Assembly: GCA_043228905.1 (NCBI GenBank)
Contig: JBHGNT010000003.1
Coordinates: 15,872,001 to 15,936,000, forward strand
Direction: 5' to 3'
Length of the DNA stretch: 64,000 bases
Source of the DNA: Azolla caroliniana
Lineage: Eukaryota; Plantae; Polypodiophyta
The notes beneath the pieces are model-generated. The model was not told the origin of the DNA, ran no database searches, and saw nothing but the letters and a program-made list of their open reading frames with translations. The first letter of the stretch is position 1, and each line of letters starts with the position of its first letter. A program made the position numbers and the translations under genes. Positions 50,101 to 62,319 of the stretch are shown piece by piece.

Positions 50101-51230
50101 CTTGATCCACATTATGTAATGGAACTCTATGATGTTTTTCCAAGATAATTTGAAGAGTGTTGTTCTATGACTGAAACTCTTTGATGTTCAGGATGTTGTT
50201 TTGTGAGACTGCTAGTTACTTTGTGAGTGTTAATATGTTGGTGTTTTCTGATATTGCAGAGTCTAAAGGGTTTGATTCTATTGTTCGTAAGGCCAATGGC
50301 AGTGTGGATACTGTTGATGTTGCGGCATGTTTAAAGGGCCCCATCTTGAAAGTAGATGTAGCAACTGACACAAGTGATCTGGTCACACAAGTTGATCAAG
50401 CATGTTGCACGGATGACTTGGTGTTGCAGGTAGATGCAACATGTGATACCAGTGGACTGATATCGAGCAGATCAGTAGCTACATGCATCGAGGTAATCCA
50501 AGGATTGATAACTAAGTCGACAAAACAAGAGCACCAGAATGTGAAGCCAGGACCAACACAGTCGACTAGGGGTTTGAAGAGGAAAAGGACGCCAGTTGTG
50601 TTGGCCGAACCTGAGCTGATTGAGATTGATCGTATCCTACCAGAAAATGGTGTAACAGCGGCTCAGTTTCAGGAATGGAAGCCTAAACCACTAGAAGTCG
50701 AAAGAAGAGCCTTGATCTTGGAGCTTGATAAAGTCTTGATGAGTGTGAGATATATGCAGCCAAGGAGGGACGCGAATCAGTTTCTAGAGTGGGTTGTGCA
50801 ATACTTTGATTTGTTTATTTGGAGTGAAAAACCAAAATCAGATGTGTGGAAGTGTTTAGCAAGATTCTTCCCAAAATGGCGAAGTCGTTTTAAAGGTCAA
50901 TGAGCACGAGAAAATTGTGAGCAAATGGAAGCTGCAAGATTCAAGAGACTTTCTGATTTTTGGGCTACTTGGCCTGAATATAATGCCAACAATACATTGA
51001 TTTTGGATACAGAACATTTCCGGCACTACTTCAATATTCAGAGATGCTGTCTCATTCTACCCGAGGAAATGCCTGAACAGTACCTGGTGCAAACAGTGAG
51101 CTGCCAACTAGGTGCATGGTTGTGGACTCCATACTGAGCTCGATATGCGGATAATATATGTAGACTCGTTCCACTGACTAGCAAGAGCTTAGCTGTTTAT
51201 AGGAGATTTGTAGACATTTCCAATGGTAAT
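47125..51230 (+). pseudogene. Spliced cargo gene(s) of the Sola2-like element: N-terminal helical domain, RING-like finger, acidic linker, FCP1/NIF (HAD)-like domain
   Basis: RING-like CITC...PCNHTYHPLC...CLGDC (~48280-48415). FCP1-like RALILELDKVL...PRRDANQFLEWVVQYFDLFIWS...KRLSDFWATWPEYNANNTLILD (~50700-51010). Splice-like sites at ~47890, 48035, 48118, 49474 and 50219. Several premature stops; may be one gene or two. Confidence 0.68.
48440..49455. repeat. Array of the 14-bp palindrome TAGCTAATTAGCTA in a cargo-gene intron
   Basis: Dozens of exact and near copies separated by short spacers. Confidence 0.92.
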
Positions 51231-51584
51231 TTATAAATATGTAAAGAGATGACATTATTCAATGAAGAATTTAATTACTTGTTCCCACTGTACTTATCTA
51301 CTGTGTAATTTGAGGAATATGTTGCAGATTGTTGATTTCATGCTATTGATGACTATTTAGCTATTGACAGCTAATTAGCTGCATTTGTACAACTAATTAG
51401 CTACTGATGACTATTTCGCTATAACTTATAACTTAAAACTTAACAAAAAAGACATGATTTAATTGAGAAAGAAGCACAGAAAGCAGACTGTATACAAGAA
51501 ATTGATTCTCAAACAAATTTATTTAACTGTTTTCGCGAAATACATGTTTGTTTTACAAGAGAACATGGTAAGTGCTACTTGTAG

Positions 51585-54500
51585 CTACAAATTCCATGGC
51601 ATACTATTGTAAATACATTCATACACATTAGCACCAACAGTGTATAAACCTGAGCAACTATTGTATTCTGACATTAGGACGTTGATGCACCTGACCAAAT
51701 GAGAGTACATGTACACCACTGGTTTGTCTTCTAACAGCCTGTACATATATTCGTAGTCATCTAGTTTTGCATAAAAAATGCCTTCGATGTAGAATGTCCC
51801 GGCAGATACAAAATTTCCCCATGCATCTACAATATTCTGCCTTGCACATTGTTTACTAACCGTGCACTTCAATATATAGAAATCAACACCCTCTGAATTG
51901 CCTTCTTCAGCATTTACACCTATTTCTCCATCAACTGCTTCCTTATCATTCAAAGTGTGATACTCCCAATTCTGAATGTATGCTTTGTTTAGACAATATC
52001 TTCAATTTCCCTGCACACAATGGAAGCAAAAACAAGTCAATTCTCTAACTGCAATACAATGACCATCCAACCTGGAATAACCGTGAACCAACATGCAAAG
52101 ATCACAATTCGGGAATTCCTTGGCACTCCCAGGTCTTCTCCCTATTTACTTGATCTATCTTCACTTCCCAAAATTCACGTTTGATATCTCGGACTTGCGA
52201 GGAATAAACACTTGTTGCACTCATTGACATATTTGTTCTTAAAAATTCAACTACATGTGATGCACAATTCATGTGCACACCATCTGTCTTTAGTTGTTCA
52301 TGGGTAAGTGCCCGCTTTATAACAGCCCCTGCACCATCATGTTCACCTTTACCATGGCCAGACCCAAAAAAATTCCATCTCATCTCCAAACCTGTTATAG
52401 CAGGATACCTCCCCACAAAATAAAATGGACGTCGAGCCTTGAATTGTGACGCAGCTCCGTCAGACTAGACCCAATGTTGAGTAAGCTCCAAACGTTGAGC
52501 TAATAACCACTGCCAATGTAACTTAAAACAGTGTTGGACGAACAAGGTATCATGCTTCTTATCGTCGGAAATAAAGAAATGAATTACTTTTTTAACATCA
52601 CCTGAAACTCGAAAATATGTTATGTGCACAAAAATGGTTACCTGAACTGAACACCAATGCATAGATTGAATTTCATTCTGCTGCTTGAAAGTATAATTCT
52701 CTGCAAAATATACTACTGAGACTACTACATCATTTGGGAAATCAAATATGCAAGTCTTAAACTGATGGGCCTGCCATGAATAAATGTTGTGTTTAATGAA
52801 CTTTCCTAGAGATACTACAAACAAAGACACCAAATCCCTTGGTTTAAGCATCTTCCGAACTAGATCCTTTCTTTTACACACCTTTCCTTCGAAATTGGTG
52901 TTCACTGACTCAAAGAACTTCACAGAGATCAATATTTCACTACTCAATTAATTTGGAAACCACCTAAATCTAGTAGGGCCACAATCTTGACATAAACCCA
53001 TACACATTTATGAATATGGAAGATAACATCAGTTTCTCTCGGACACAATATTGAATCTAATAAATAACTCATGGAAGAGATAACGTGCTCAGATGATTTA
53101 CACTCCTCTTGCGGGCTTGATCGACAGATTGGGCACCCACATGTGCAAACTGTATTAGTTAGGGATGCGCTATGGTGACGTAGTAGATTACCAGAGTCCT
53201 TCAAAAAACCCATCTGTACATGGTAAATGCAACAACATGTGTATCGATCCTTTAAGCGTCTCACAAAGTGTGGCTTAAGAGACTCGAATGTTCGTAGTTG
53301 AACTTTGATAGTTGGATGCATTCGTTTGAACCTAATAAATAAATCAACCTGCGTAATAAAGGGGAATTAGTTATTCTCGTAACTAGCTAACTATCCTAGT
53401 AGCTAATTAGCTATTCTAGTAGCTAATTAGCTATTCTAGTAGCTTATTAGCTATTCTAGTAGCTTATTAGCTATCATGGTAGCTAATTAGCTCTCATGGT
53501 AGCTAATTAGCTATCCTAGTAGCTGGTCTAGTAGCTAATTAGCTATCATGGTGGCTAATTAGTTGTCTTAGTAGCTAATTAGCTATCATGGTAGCTAATT
53601 AGCTGGTCTAGTAGCTAATTAGCTGGTCTAGTAGCTAATTAGCTATCACGGTGGCTAATTAGCTGTCCTAGTAAGCTAATTAGCTATCATGGTAGCTAAT
53701 TAGCTTTCCTAGTAGCTAATTAGCTGGTAATAACGAAATAGCTAACTAGCTAGCATGATAGCTAACTAGCTACCAGGACAACTAATTATCTGGTAGTACC
53801 TAAATTAGCTATCATGGTAGTAGCTATTGAGAGTAGCTAGTTACCTATGTAGTAGTTATCCTAGTAGCTAACTGAGGTAAATGTAACTGATAAGCTAATT
53901 AGCTTTTCTGCTAACTGAGCTAATTAACTTTTCGTGTAGAGTCAAAACAAATGTTGAGATAAATGTAAATACCTGAGGTACATCAAGAAGATGAATGGGA
54001 TGCTCCTCGTATTGATTTCTTCCAACACGTTTCCTGCATAAATCCTTTTTATTGGGTGAAACCCTACTCTCATTAGTCCAAAACTTTGTGATTACATCCT
54101 TGATTTCAAATGTTATGGGTGTCATTGGCTTACATCTTGTAGTTAGCTTTAGTAGACTAGTTCCTTCACCCGAGGAAATTATACGGTTCATTGTATTGTA
54201 CACTATTTTTCTACTAACACCAATTACCTTAGATAGCTCACTGATGTTTATATCGTCAACATCACTATTAAGTAACATCATTAGACTAGACCTTTTTAAG
54301 ACAAGATCATCTTCTAACCTGCTCATGGATACAAAACTATTACGAAGATTATTTACTAAAATAGATGATATGTTTGCATTAAGACCATCACAATCAACTA
54401 AGTCCTTTATCGATGGATCATTACATATTCCATAAAGTACTACCTTCTTTTCTTCATTACTGATGTGCTTGGTTTGAACATTGAAATAGTCTACAACCTT

Positions 54501-54723
54501 TCTCTCTACGATGGTAGTCGCATTACTTACATTCTTAGCTAAACTATCCTTACCTTTACTGAGTGTGGCTTTCGTATCCTTCAACAATTGACGATCTTTC
54601 CTTTTTTTTTTCTACCCAATAGTTTTGTATGGCTTGTTGTGTCCTGATAGCATCATCCCTATCCTTATGATCATTGAGGGGTAATTCTAAATACCCTTCT
54701 TCCCCTTCCATTTGGCTGGACAT
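51585..54723 (-). pseudogene. Sola2-like DDD transposase, one intron (53349-53972), disrupted
   Basis: FESLKPHFV...YTCCCIYH; VV(Y)FAENY...NEIQSMHW; ISDDKKHD; SDGAASQFK; WNFFGSGHGKGEHDGAGAVIKR. The GT-AG intron joins LLDVPQ|VDLFIRFK in frame. Confidence 0.88.
53380..53930. repeat. Second TAGCTAATTAGCTA palindrome array, in the transposase intron
   Basis: About 20-bp period units such as GTAGCTAATTAGCTATCATG, wholly inside the intron. Confidence 0.92.
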
Positions 54724-55009
54724 GTTAAAACCCTAAATTTCCAGAAAAAAAAACAAGTATTTAAGATGGCTATGGGCAACAACAATACACAAAAATATTC
54801 CACAATACACAAGATTAGACACAACAATACACAAGATAATCAATAGACAGAAAAGTTATTGCAATCCAAGTCCGAACAATAGAGGAGTACACTCCGTTGG
54901 ATCGAACAGTCGAGGAGGCGATCCAGGACCGACCAATGGCGACAACTAAGTGTAGAATGTTGCCGTTGGATGAGTGAACTCCGTCAAATCGAAATGTGGA
55001 AGCAATCCA

Positions 55010-55706
55010 GGACTGGACAGTAGCGGCAACTGAGTGTAGAATGATGGCACTGGAGGAGAGAACCCCATCAGATTGAATAGTTACTGATGATGCTTGGAAC
55101 GCACAGAGAAGGCACTTGAGAGTAGAGTGGCACAGAGAAGAGAACCCCGTCAGATTGAATAGTTACCGATGATGCTTGGAACGCACAGTAGCGGCTCTTG
55201 AGTGTAGAGTGGCACAGAGAAGAGAACCCCGTCAGATTGAACGACTCTTTGATGATGCTTGGAACGCACAGTAGCGGCCCCTAAGTGTAGAGTGGCACAG
55301 AGAAGGGAAGCCCGTCAGATTGAACAGCTCTTTGATGATGCTTGGAACGCATAGTAGCGGCCCGAGTGTAGAGTGGCACAAAGAAGAGAACCCCGTCAGA
55401 TTGAACAACTCTTTGATGATGCTTGGAACGCACAGTAGCGGCCCCTGAGTGTAGAGTGGCACAGAGAAGGGAAGCCCGTCAGATTGAACAGCTCTTTGAT
55501 GATGCTTGGAACGCACAGTAGCGGCCCCTGAGTGTAGAGTGGCACAAAGAAGAGAACCCCGTCAGATTGAACAACTCTTTGATGATGCTTGGAACGCACA
55601 GTAGCGGCCCCTGAGTGTAGAGTGGCACAAAGAAGAGAACCCCGTCAGATTGAACAACTCTTTGATGATGCTTGGAACGCATAGTAGCGGCCCCTGAGTG
55701 TAGAGT
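55010..55706. repeat. 83-bp tandem repeat, about 8 copies, upstream of the transposase
   Basis: Unit CTGAGTGTAGAGTGGCACAGAGAAGGGAAGCCCGTCAGATTGAACAGCTCTTTGATGATGCTTGGAACGCACAGTAGCGGCCC. Copies diverge toward the left. Confidence 0.93.
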
Positions 55707-57259
55707 GGTGGCAGGTGGACTCGATAGGGTTTAGCAATAGTGGTAGCAACTAACCCACAATACTCAACTAGAGATGGCCTACGTGATGTGGCAAAGGATC
55801 ATGCATAATGGACCTAGGAATTCGATATATAATTTATGGTACACATTTATGGTGCACATATGAATTTATGTTGCACGTTTATGTTGCACATTTATGGCAC
55901 TCATTTACATATGTAATTAAAACACTCTAGTATTTTCAATGGTAGTTTTTTGCATAGTTAATTTATTAATGATGGCTTTTTACTAAAATGACTATTTATC
56001 AATGGTAGCTTTTTGCATAGCTAATTAGCTATGCCAAGGACATAGCTAATTGTTTCCACTCGCATGCTTTCACCCAAATATGTTTCTAGAGTGCCTTTCA
56101 TGGCCATATTTGTAAATAGTCCTAAAGTCATATAAGTATAAATATGACTTAGGGCAATCACTTATGCATATGCGTATGTGTAGAGATATTGTTGTATAGA
56201 CATAGAGAGGGCTTGAGAAAGAGAGAGCGTGAGATACAAAACGTTTTTCTGTTGTACCACTAGTTGGCAAAGACATAGGGCTCGAGGTCGTTGCCTCCGA
56301 GTCTCGCATTGTATCCTCTTCTTATAGTGATAGTTCGAGTCTGTAGGCTCCCGTGGTTTTTCCTTACTAGGGTTTTTCCATGTAAATATCCTCTGTCATC
56401 TCTTCTATGTAAGTGTATTAACCTACATTTCTGTTTTGTTCTTCCATTGAGTGTTTAAGACTCGGATGTGGCCGAGTGGTATTCTATACATGATGAATGT
56501 GGCTGCAGATCGTGAACCGGAGAGCTTTGCTGAAGTCACTAAAGATCCGCGATGGGTTGAAGCGATGAACGAGGAGATGCATGCCCTCAACAACAGTGAG
56601 ACATGGGATCTCGTCCCTCACTCACCTCACAGGAAGGCAATTGGATACAGATGGATTTACAAGGTGTAGTATAATGCAGATGGCTTTGTCAATTGCTAAA
56701 AACCTCGACTCGTAGAAAAGGCTACGCACAAACACATGGAGTTGACTATGAAGAAACATTTGCCGTGGTGGCAAAGATGACAACTATGCGGACCATGATA
56801 GCGCTTGTAGCGGCAAAAGGTTGGCACCTCCATCAAATGGACGTCAAGAACGCCCTTCTTCAAGGTTAATTAGAAGAGGAGCTGCACATGGTACCACCAC
56901 TAGGCTTCGAATCCAACATCCATTCGAATGCAGTTTGCCGGGTTAAGAAATCTCTCTAGGGCCTTAAGCAAGCACCACGTGCTTGGCACTCTAACATAAC
57001 ACAATATCTTCATTGAATCGGCTTTACAGTGTCGAAATCCGATAACTCCCTCTACATCTGAAGCCATTCTAGAAGCCTGGTTGTCATCATCCTATATGTG
57101 GATGATCTGGTGATCTGAGGGGAAAATCTAGTCGACATCAACAAGGTCAGGTGCCTCCTCTTTAGCAAATTCGAGATGACAGACATGAAGGAGCTCCATT
57201 ACTTCCTTGGCATCGAGGTAATTTAGACTCCAACTAACATTATTATATATCAACAACAT

Positions 57260-60200
57260 TGTTGAGTGACAAGCTCAACGTTCGTGCGTAACCCAGAACG
57301 TAGACTGGGTGCGTAAAACATTACGCATAACGTAAGCCGTAACGGTGCGAACACCGCAAGGCCGTTAGAAAGATATTCCTCGAAAGGAATAATTTTGGGA
57401 GTGAGTGTAGTGGCTCATTTATGAGCTTCAAGTACTGTCAGTACTTGTGTCAGCCCGATTGTTAGGGCTTGTATAAAAGGTGCTCACTGAGCATGGTGTA
57501 TGTACTCAGAGAGTCACTATTTTGAATTCGAGTTTTCTATTGTCTGCTCTCTCTCTCTGTCTCTCTCTCTCCATCTCCATCTCTGCGTTTTCTGTGTTTT
57601 ACAAAACTATCTTATTCCTCCGAACTGTGTACTCTGTGTTTCACATGCGCTTCCGCACACACTATTCTTTTACATGGTATCAGAGCGCGAGGGTTGAAGT
57701 CCTTTGCAGCCGACAAGAAAATCTTGCGACAAAATAGAGTTGAAGTTGTTCTTCGTATTTTGTTCGGAAAAGAAAAAGACAGCAATATGGACAGAGGTAT
57801 GGGAAGCTCGCTACTGATCGAGAGGCTCAACAGGAGCAACTCCGTGTTTTGGTCGTACAAGATGCACCAGTGCCTGCTTGGCCATGGCTACTGGAGTTAT
57901 GTCGAAGGAGCTAATGATGTAGCACCTGATTCGACACACAAAGATTTTCCGGCTTGGGAACAAGCGGCAAGCAGAGTTCTCTACTGCTTTGCATCTTGTG
58001 TGAGCGACTAGCTATTGAGCATATTCGGGATGCTAAGACGCCAAAGGACGCGTGGGAGAATCTCAAAAAGATTTTCGCCGCAAGCACAACGGCCAGGAAG
58101 CTGCAGCTCATAGAAGAGCTCATCAATGTCCAGCAGAAAGATCTGTCTATGGTTGATTACACATCCCGAATCAAGGAAATCTGCGATTCTCTCGCTTCCG
58201 TCAATGTGAACGTTGAGGAAGATGAAATGGTGTAGGTTTGCCTTGGTGGGCTAGGGTCTAGGTTCGGAGCCTTCCGAATGGAGGTTTGTACGACGGAGAA
58301 TACGCCTTCGTTCTTCGAACTTTAGTCAATGTTGCTCATGGAGGAAAATCACACGGGTGCTTCAACGACTATGCACGTCGACGACAAGATGTTGTACACG
58401 GAGGAAGATAAGCGCCGTGGTTGAGGTGGACAAGGCGGATCAGCGCGCAATGGAGGCGGCCGACAAGAGCAGAACAAGCGGCATAATTGATGTGTCGACA
58501 ACAATTCCGGACCCTCCACAAGCAAGGGCAGTCATGGCGGCGCCGGAAGCCGGGAAGAGAAGGACGAATCGGAATGTTGGTACTGTGGCAAAAAAGGCCA
58601 CAAGGAGAGCGAGTGCTAGAAAAAGAAAGCCGATTCGGACAAAGCAGGATCGAGCCAAAGAGACGCAGAGAGGCGTCAACGATCGCACTACGCAGAAGGC
58701 TCTGAACGAGCCGAAAACAAATCGAGCCCAGCCTTCGTAATGAAGCATAAGGCCAATTCTATGGTCATGAATACCTCGAAATTGAGCAAGGTGTGGTATG
58801 TTGATTCCGGAGCGTGAAATCACATGACGAGTCACAAGGAATGGTTCTCGTACTTGGAGAAACCAGAATCGCAAGGAGTGGTTGAAACGGGAGATGACAC
58901 TCCGCATACCATCGAACATGTCGGAGAAGTTCCCCTCAGCCATGTCGGGTAGAAAGGGAAACTCATGAACGTATTGCATGTCCCAATAATAACCAAGAAC
59001 CTTGTGTCGGTCGGACAGATCGTCGACCAAGGTATGCAAGTTCGATTGACGCATCTCGGTTGCTTCATAGAAGAGGAAGGCAAAGTGATCGCACAAGGGC
59101 GCCGTGAAGGGGTGATATTTATCCTCAACACTAATCAAGTCGGCACCGCATTGTACGTGAAAGGACAAAAGGTCGAATCGGATATCGACCTGTGGCACAA
59201 GCGGTTTGGCCACGTAAATTTCCCACGGCTTCGTGAGATGTAGACGAAGAACATTGTTTTCGGCTTGTCAAAATTTCGGGCCGTAATGGCCAAGTCTATG
59301 AAGCCTGCCATATGGGAAAATAACACCGTTATACATTCCCCAATGAGCGTAATCGTAGTCGAAGTCCGTTGGATTTGATCCATTCGGATGTGTGGGGTTC
59401 GACATAGAATGTGAGTCTCGGTGGAAGCCGTTACTTTGTCACCTTCATCGACGACTTCATTCGGCACACGTGGGTATGCACATTCGCAAAGAAGAGCGAA
59501 GTCTTCGCAGGTTTCCTGAAGGTGAAGAGCCTTGCGGAAAGGGAAATATGGAATAATATCAAATGCCTACGGTCAGATGGCGGGAAGGGGTACTTCTTAG
59601 ACCAATTCACAAGTTATCTACAAAAGGAGGGATTCGACGCGAATTCTCGTGTAGATACATGCCGCAGCAAAATGGCGTGGCCGAGCGGAAGAATCGGATG
59701 ATTGACGAAGCAACCAGGGCAATGCTCGAAGAGAAGCATATGCCGAAATTCTATTGGGCTGAAGCCGTGAAGATGACTATCTACCTGCAGAATCAAACTT
59801 TTGCTAATGGAGGAGTGTCGCCACCTGAGCTGTATTTCGGGAAGAAGTCGAACTTGGTACACTTGAGGATTTTTGGCAGCATTGCATATGTGCACTTGCT
59901 AAAGGAGAGAAGGAGGAAACTAGATGCTAAAGCTGAGAAATGTATCTTGGCCGGCTATTCAAATGAGAAGAAAGGGTATAGGTGTTATAACCCTCGAACA
60001 AAGGAAGTACGCGTAAGCCGTGGCATTGTGTTCGACAAGTCCGCTTCGTGTTACTTGCCTTCCCCTCCAGTAGCTCAAGACTCCATTCCAAATTCTAAGG
60101 AAGAAGTCAGTGAGGCTAAGATGCCTCTGCATGATGAGGAAATAAGAGCTCTAAGATAGAGTCTGATCACATTTCGGATCAGTGGGCCGAATGAGGGGTT

Positions 60201-60776
60201 GGGTTGAAATGGCCAACCAATTGAAGAGACGGAGAGTAGTTGAGACTTAGCCGTGATGTCCCCGCATAAAGAACCGAGGAGACGGTTTATGTGCAAGGAG
60301 AAGGGCAAGAAGAAAATGCTAGAATACGACTTCGGCAAGGCCTAGTCAGATCGTAGCGAGTCTGACTTCGGGCAAACTGAAAAGGAACCTCCATGGAAGA
60401 GGTCAACAGTAGCCGAAAAGGTTGTGAAATCGGGTAATCATGAATTATGCCAATCTATCCACCTGAAGAACCTCGTAAAGAGATACGGGTATAATGAGTA
60501 CATGGCACACCATTCCGCGTACATGACGCGAGTGGCAAAAGTGCGTGAGCCGGAGAGCTACGCAGAAGCGACGAAAGACACGAACTGGAGTGCTGCAATG
60601 GAGGAAGAGATGCGCGCATTATCGGTGAATGAAACTTGGGACCTAATTGACGCACCAAAGGGTGTAAAGCCGATCGGATGCAGATGGGTGTATAAGGTGA
60701 AATACAACACCGATGGCTCTGTCAACCGCTACAAGGCCCGATTAGTAGCGAAAGGCTAAGCGTAGAAGCACGGCGT
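57260..60776 (+). mobile_element. Copia D (related to copia A) inserted in the copia A RT; 5' LTR to start of RT
   Basis: LTR 57260-57674 (TGT...ACA); perfect PBS TGGTATCAGAGC at 57675; gag, CWYCGKKGH, WYVDSG, LWHKRFGH, integrase (FVTFIDDF, QNGVAERKNR), RT start (YKARLVAKG). Many premature stops. Confidence 0.92.
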
Positions 60777-61539
60777 TGTTGCAAAAGTACGACGAGGATA
60801 CGTGAACGTTGAGGCAAGACCCCGGGGCCTTTGACTAGAGGATATCAAATTCGTGTATTTATATACTAAGAATTAACCGAAATGAGAAAGATTAACAAAT
60901 TTCATTAACAAGTAGAAAGAAAGATTACAATTAATCCCAAGATTGGGATTACAAAAAGTTTGCTAATGGAGATGGCTAGAGTAATAGATTAGAGGAAATT
61001 AAGATATGAATTCTATAGAAAATTAGGGTTTTTGGCTTTGATAAGAGATTATGGTTTTATGAGTTGAATAGCTTCCGAATGGAAATTTAGGGTTATGAGT
61101 AAGATATGGCTTCTGTAAGGAAATAAGGGTTTTACTTGAGAGATATGGCTTCGATAAGATAGGCGAGCTCCGAAGGAAAAGAAAAACAATATAGTATATA
61201 TAGAGAGCCTGAGTGTAGGAAAAAAAATAGAATTTTATATGGAGTTCTCCCTTGATCATCTGCATGTCCAGTTTTTGTTGCATGGCCTCTACTTTTAGTT
61301 GCTTAGCTTTTTCTTTTAGTTGCATCTATTTTTAGTTGCATGGCTTTTTTATTTAGTTGCATATGACCGTCCACATGACCTTTACTTTCTGCATGCACTC
61401 CAACTTTAGTTGCTTGCATCCACATGGCCTTTACTTTAGTTCTCTTCACTTTACTTTAGTTTGCTGCATAATCCAATCTTCCGTCCATCCGCGTCCAACC
61501 TCGTCCGGTAGCAAGTTCCGCCCGATCACCGAATCCCTC

Positions 61540-61850
61540 ACTCGCCGGTTCCATTTTGCTTGCCGGCTGGTTCCGGTTCTGATTTTGCTTGCCGACCAGT
61601 TCCGGTTTGCTTGCCGGTTCCGGTTTTGCTTATCGACCGGTTTCCGATTTTGCTTGCCGTCCGGTTCGGGTTCCGGTTTTGCTTACCGGCCGGTTTCCAA
61701 TTTTTCTTACCGGCCGGTTTCTGGATTTGCTTACCAGCCGGTTTCCGGTTTTGCTTGCCGCCCAGTTCCAGTTCCGGTTTGCTTACCGGTTCCAATTTCG
61801 ATTTGCTTGCCGATTCTAGTTCTGGTTTTGCTTACTGGCCGATTTCCAGA
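61540..61850. repeat. Short tandem repeats (CCGGTT...TTTGCTT, ~17-25 bp) in the gypsy E LTR
   Basis: Directly visible. A second TTTAGTTGC-type array lies at ~61270-61465. Confidence 0.85.
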
Positions 61851-62319
61851 TTTTGGGAACTTGGCCACCATCATCCATCAAGACAAAGTGGCCAAAGTGC
61901 TCTTAGCACAAATGAAAAATGAGGGAGCTCAAGGTGCTTATATAGCCAGGGCCTTAACTTTCCTATCTATGTGGGATAGTTCTAATTTCCCTATCTTCTC
62001 AAACTTCATTTTCACATAACTTGATATGTATTTCTCCATTTTGTATATAGTAAAATACGTTTTGAAGCTCTTGAGTATATATCCATCTTTCTATAGTAAG
62101 CTACTAATCTAATCTATAATAATTATTTCATTATTATTATTATTATTTTTTTTACATAGTGTGTGAAGATTCACACGACATTCGCCCCCACCAAACCTGC
62201 ACATCCACCGGTATGTGCCAGTTTTGATGTGGCTCCACTTTTGTTTACTATACTTTTTCATCGATGTTTAAGACTGAATCATCTAAAGCTTCGAATCCAA
62301 TTTCTATGCTATCTCTTCT

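Larger units (their letters stand above)
45991..56075. mobile_element. Complete Sola2-like DNA transposon (10,085 bp) with cargo gene, inserted in the copia B 3' LTR
   Basis: 25-bp TIRs: GGGTAAAAGCATGCGAGTGGAAACA (45991-46015) and TGTTTCCACTCGCATGCTTTCACCC (56051-56075), 1 mismatch. 4-bp TSD AAAT. The empty site is visible in the 5' LTR (TGTAAATATGTTTCTAGA near 34127). Confidence 0.93.
33984..56490 (+). mobile_element. Copia B (Tnt1/Tork-like), both LTRs present, hosting gypsy C and the Sola2-like element
   Basis: 5-bp TSD TGATG at 33979-33983 and 56491-56495. 5' LTR 33984-34544; PBS TGGTATAAGAG at 34548; gag, CFYCGKPRH, protease WVVDS, GAG-pre-integrase ELWHKRLCH, integrase; RT and RNase H at ~44680-45830; PPT GAAGGGGGAG; 3' LTR 45851-45990 plus 56080-56490. 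Confidence 0.93.
30771..57259 (+). mobile_element. Copia A: degenerate outer Ty1/copia element, split by nested insertions
   Basis: gag 30920-31730 (KEVWENLRKIFAAN..ARKLQLRQEFNNVQQ; CKYCGKTGH); integrase 32804-33983 (LDVVHTDV, YVTFIDDFSRYTW); RT resumes at 56491 after the TGATG TSD (EPESFAEV, WDLVP, ILYVDDLVI) and runs until copia D inserts at 57260. Confidence 0.85.

Noticed and set aside
55010-55706. 83-bp array as a CRISPR array or tandem C/D snoRNA cluster (contains TGATGA and CTGA)
   Set aside because: Units are head-to-tail with no unique spacers, there are no cas genes and the context is eukaryotic. The C/D-like boxes lack a terminal stem and a recognisable guide.
61357-62019. 220-aa ORF in the gypsy E LTR, and ORFs in the 83-bp array
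   Set aside because: Produced by stop-poor tandem repeats; low-complexity translations.
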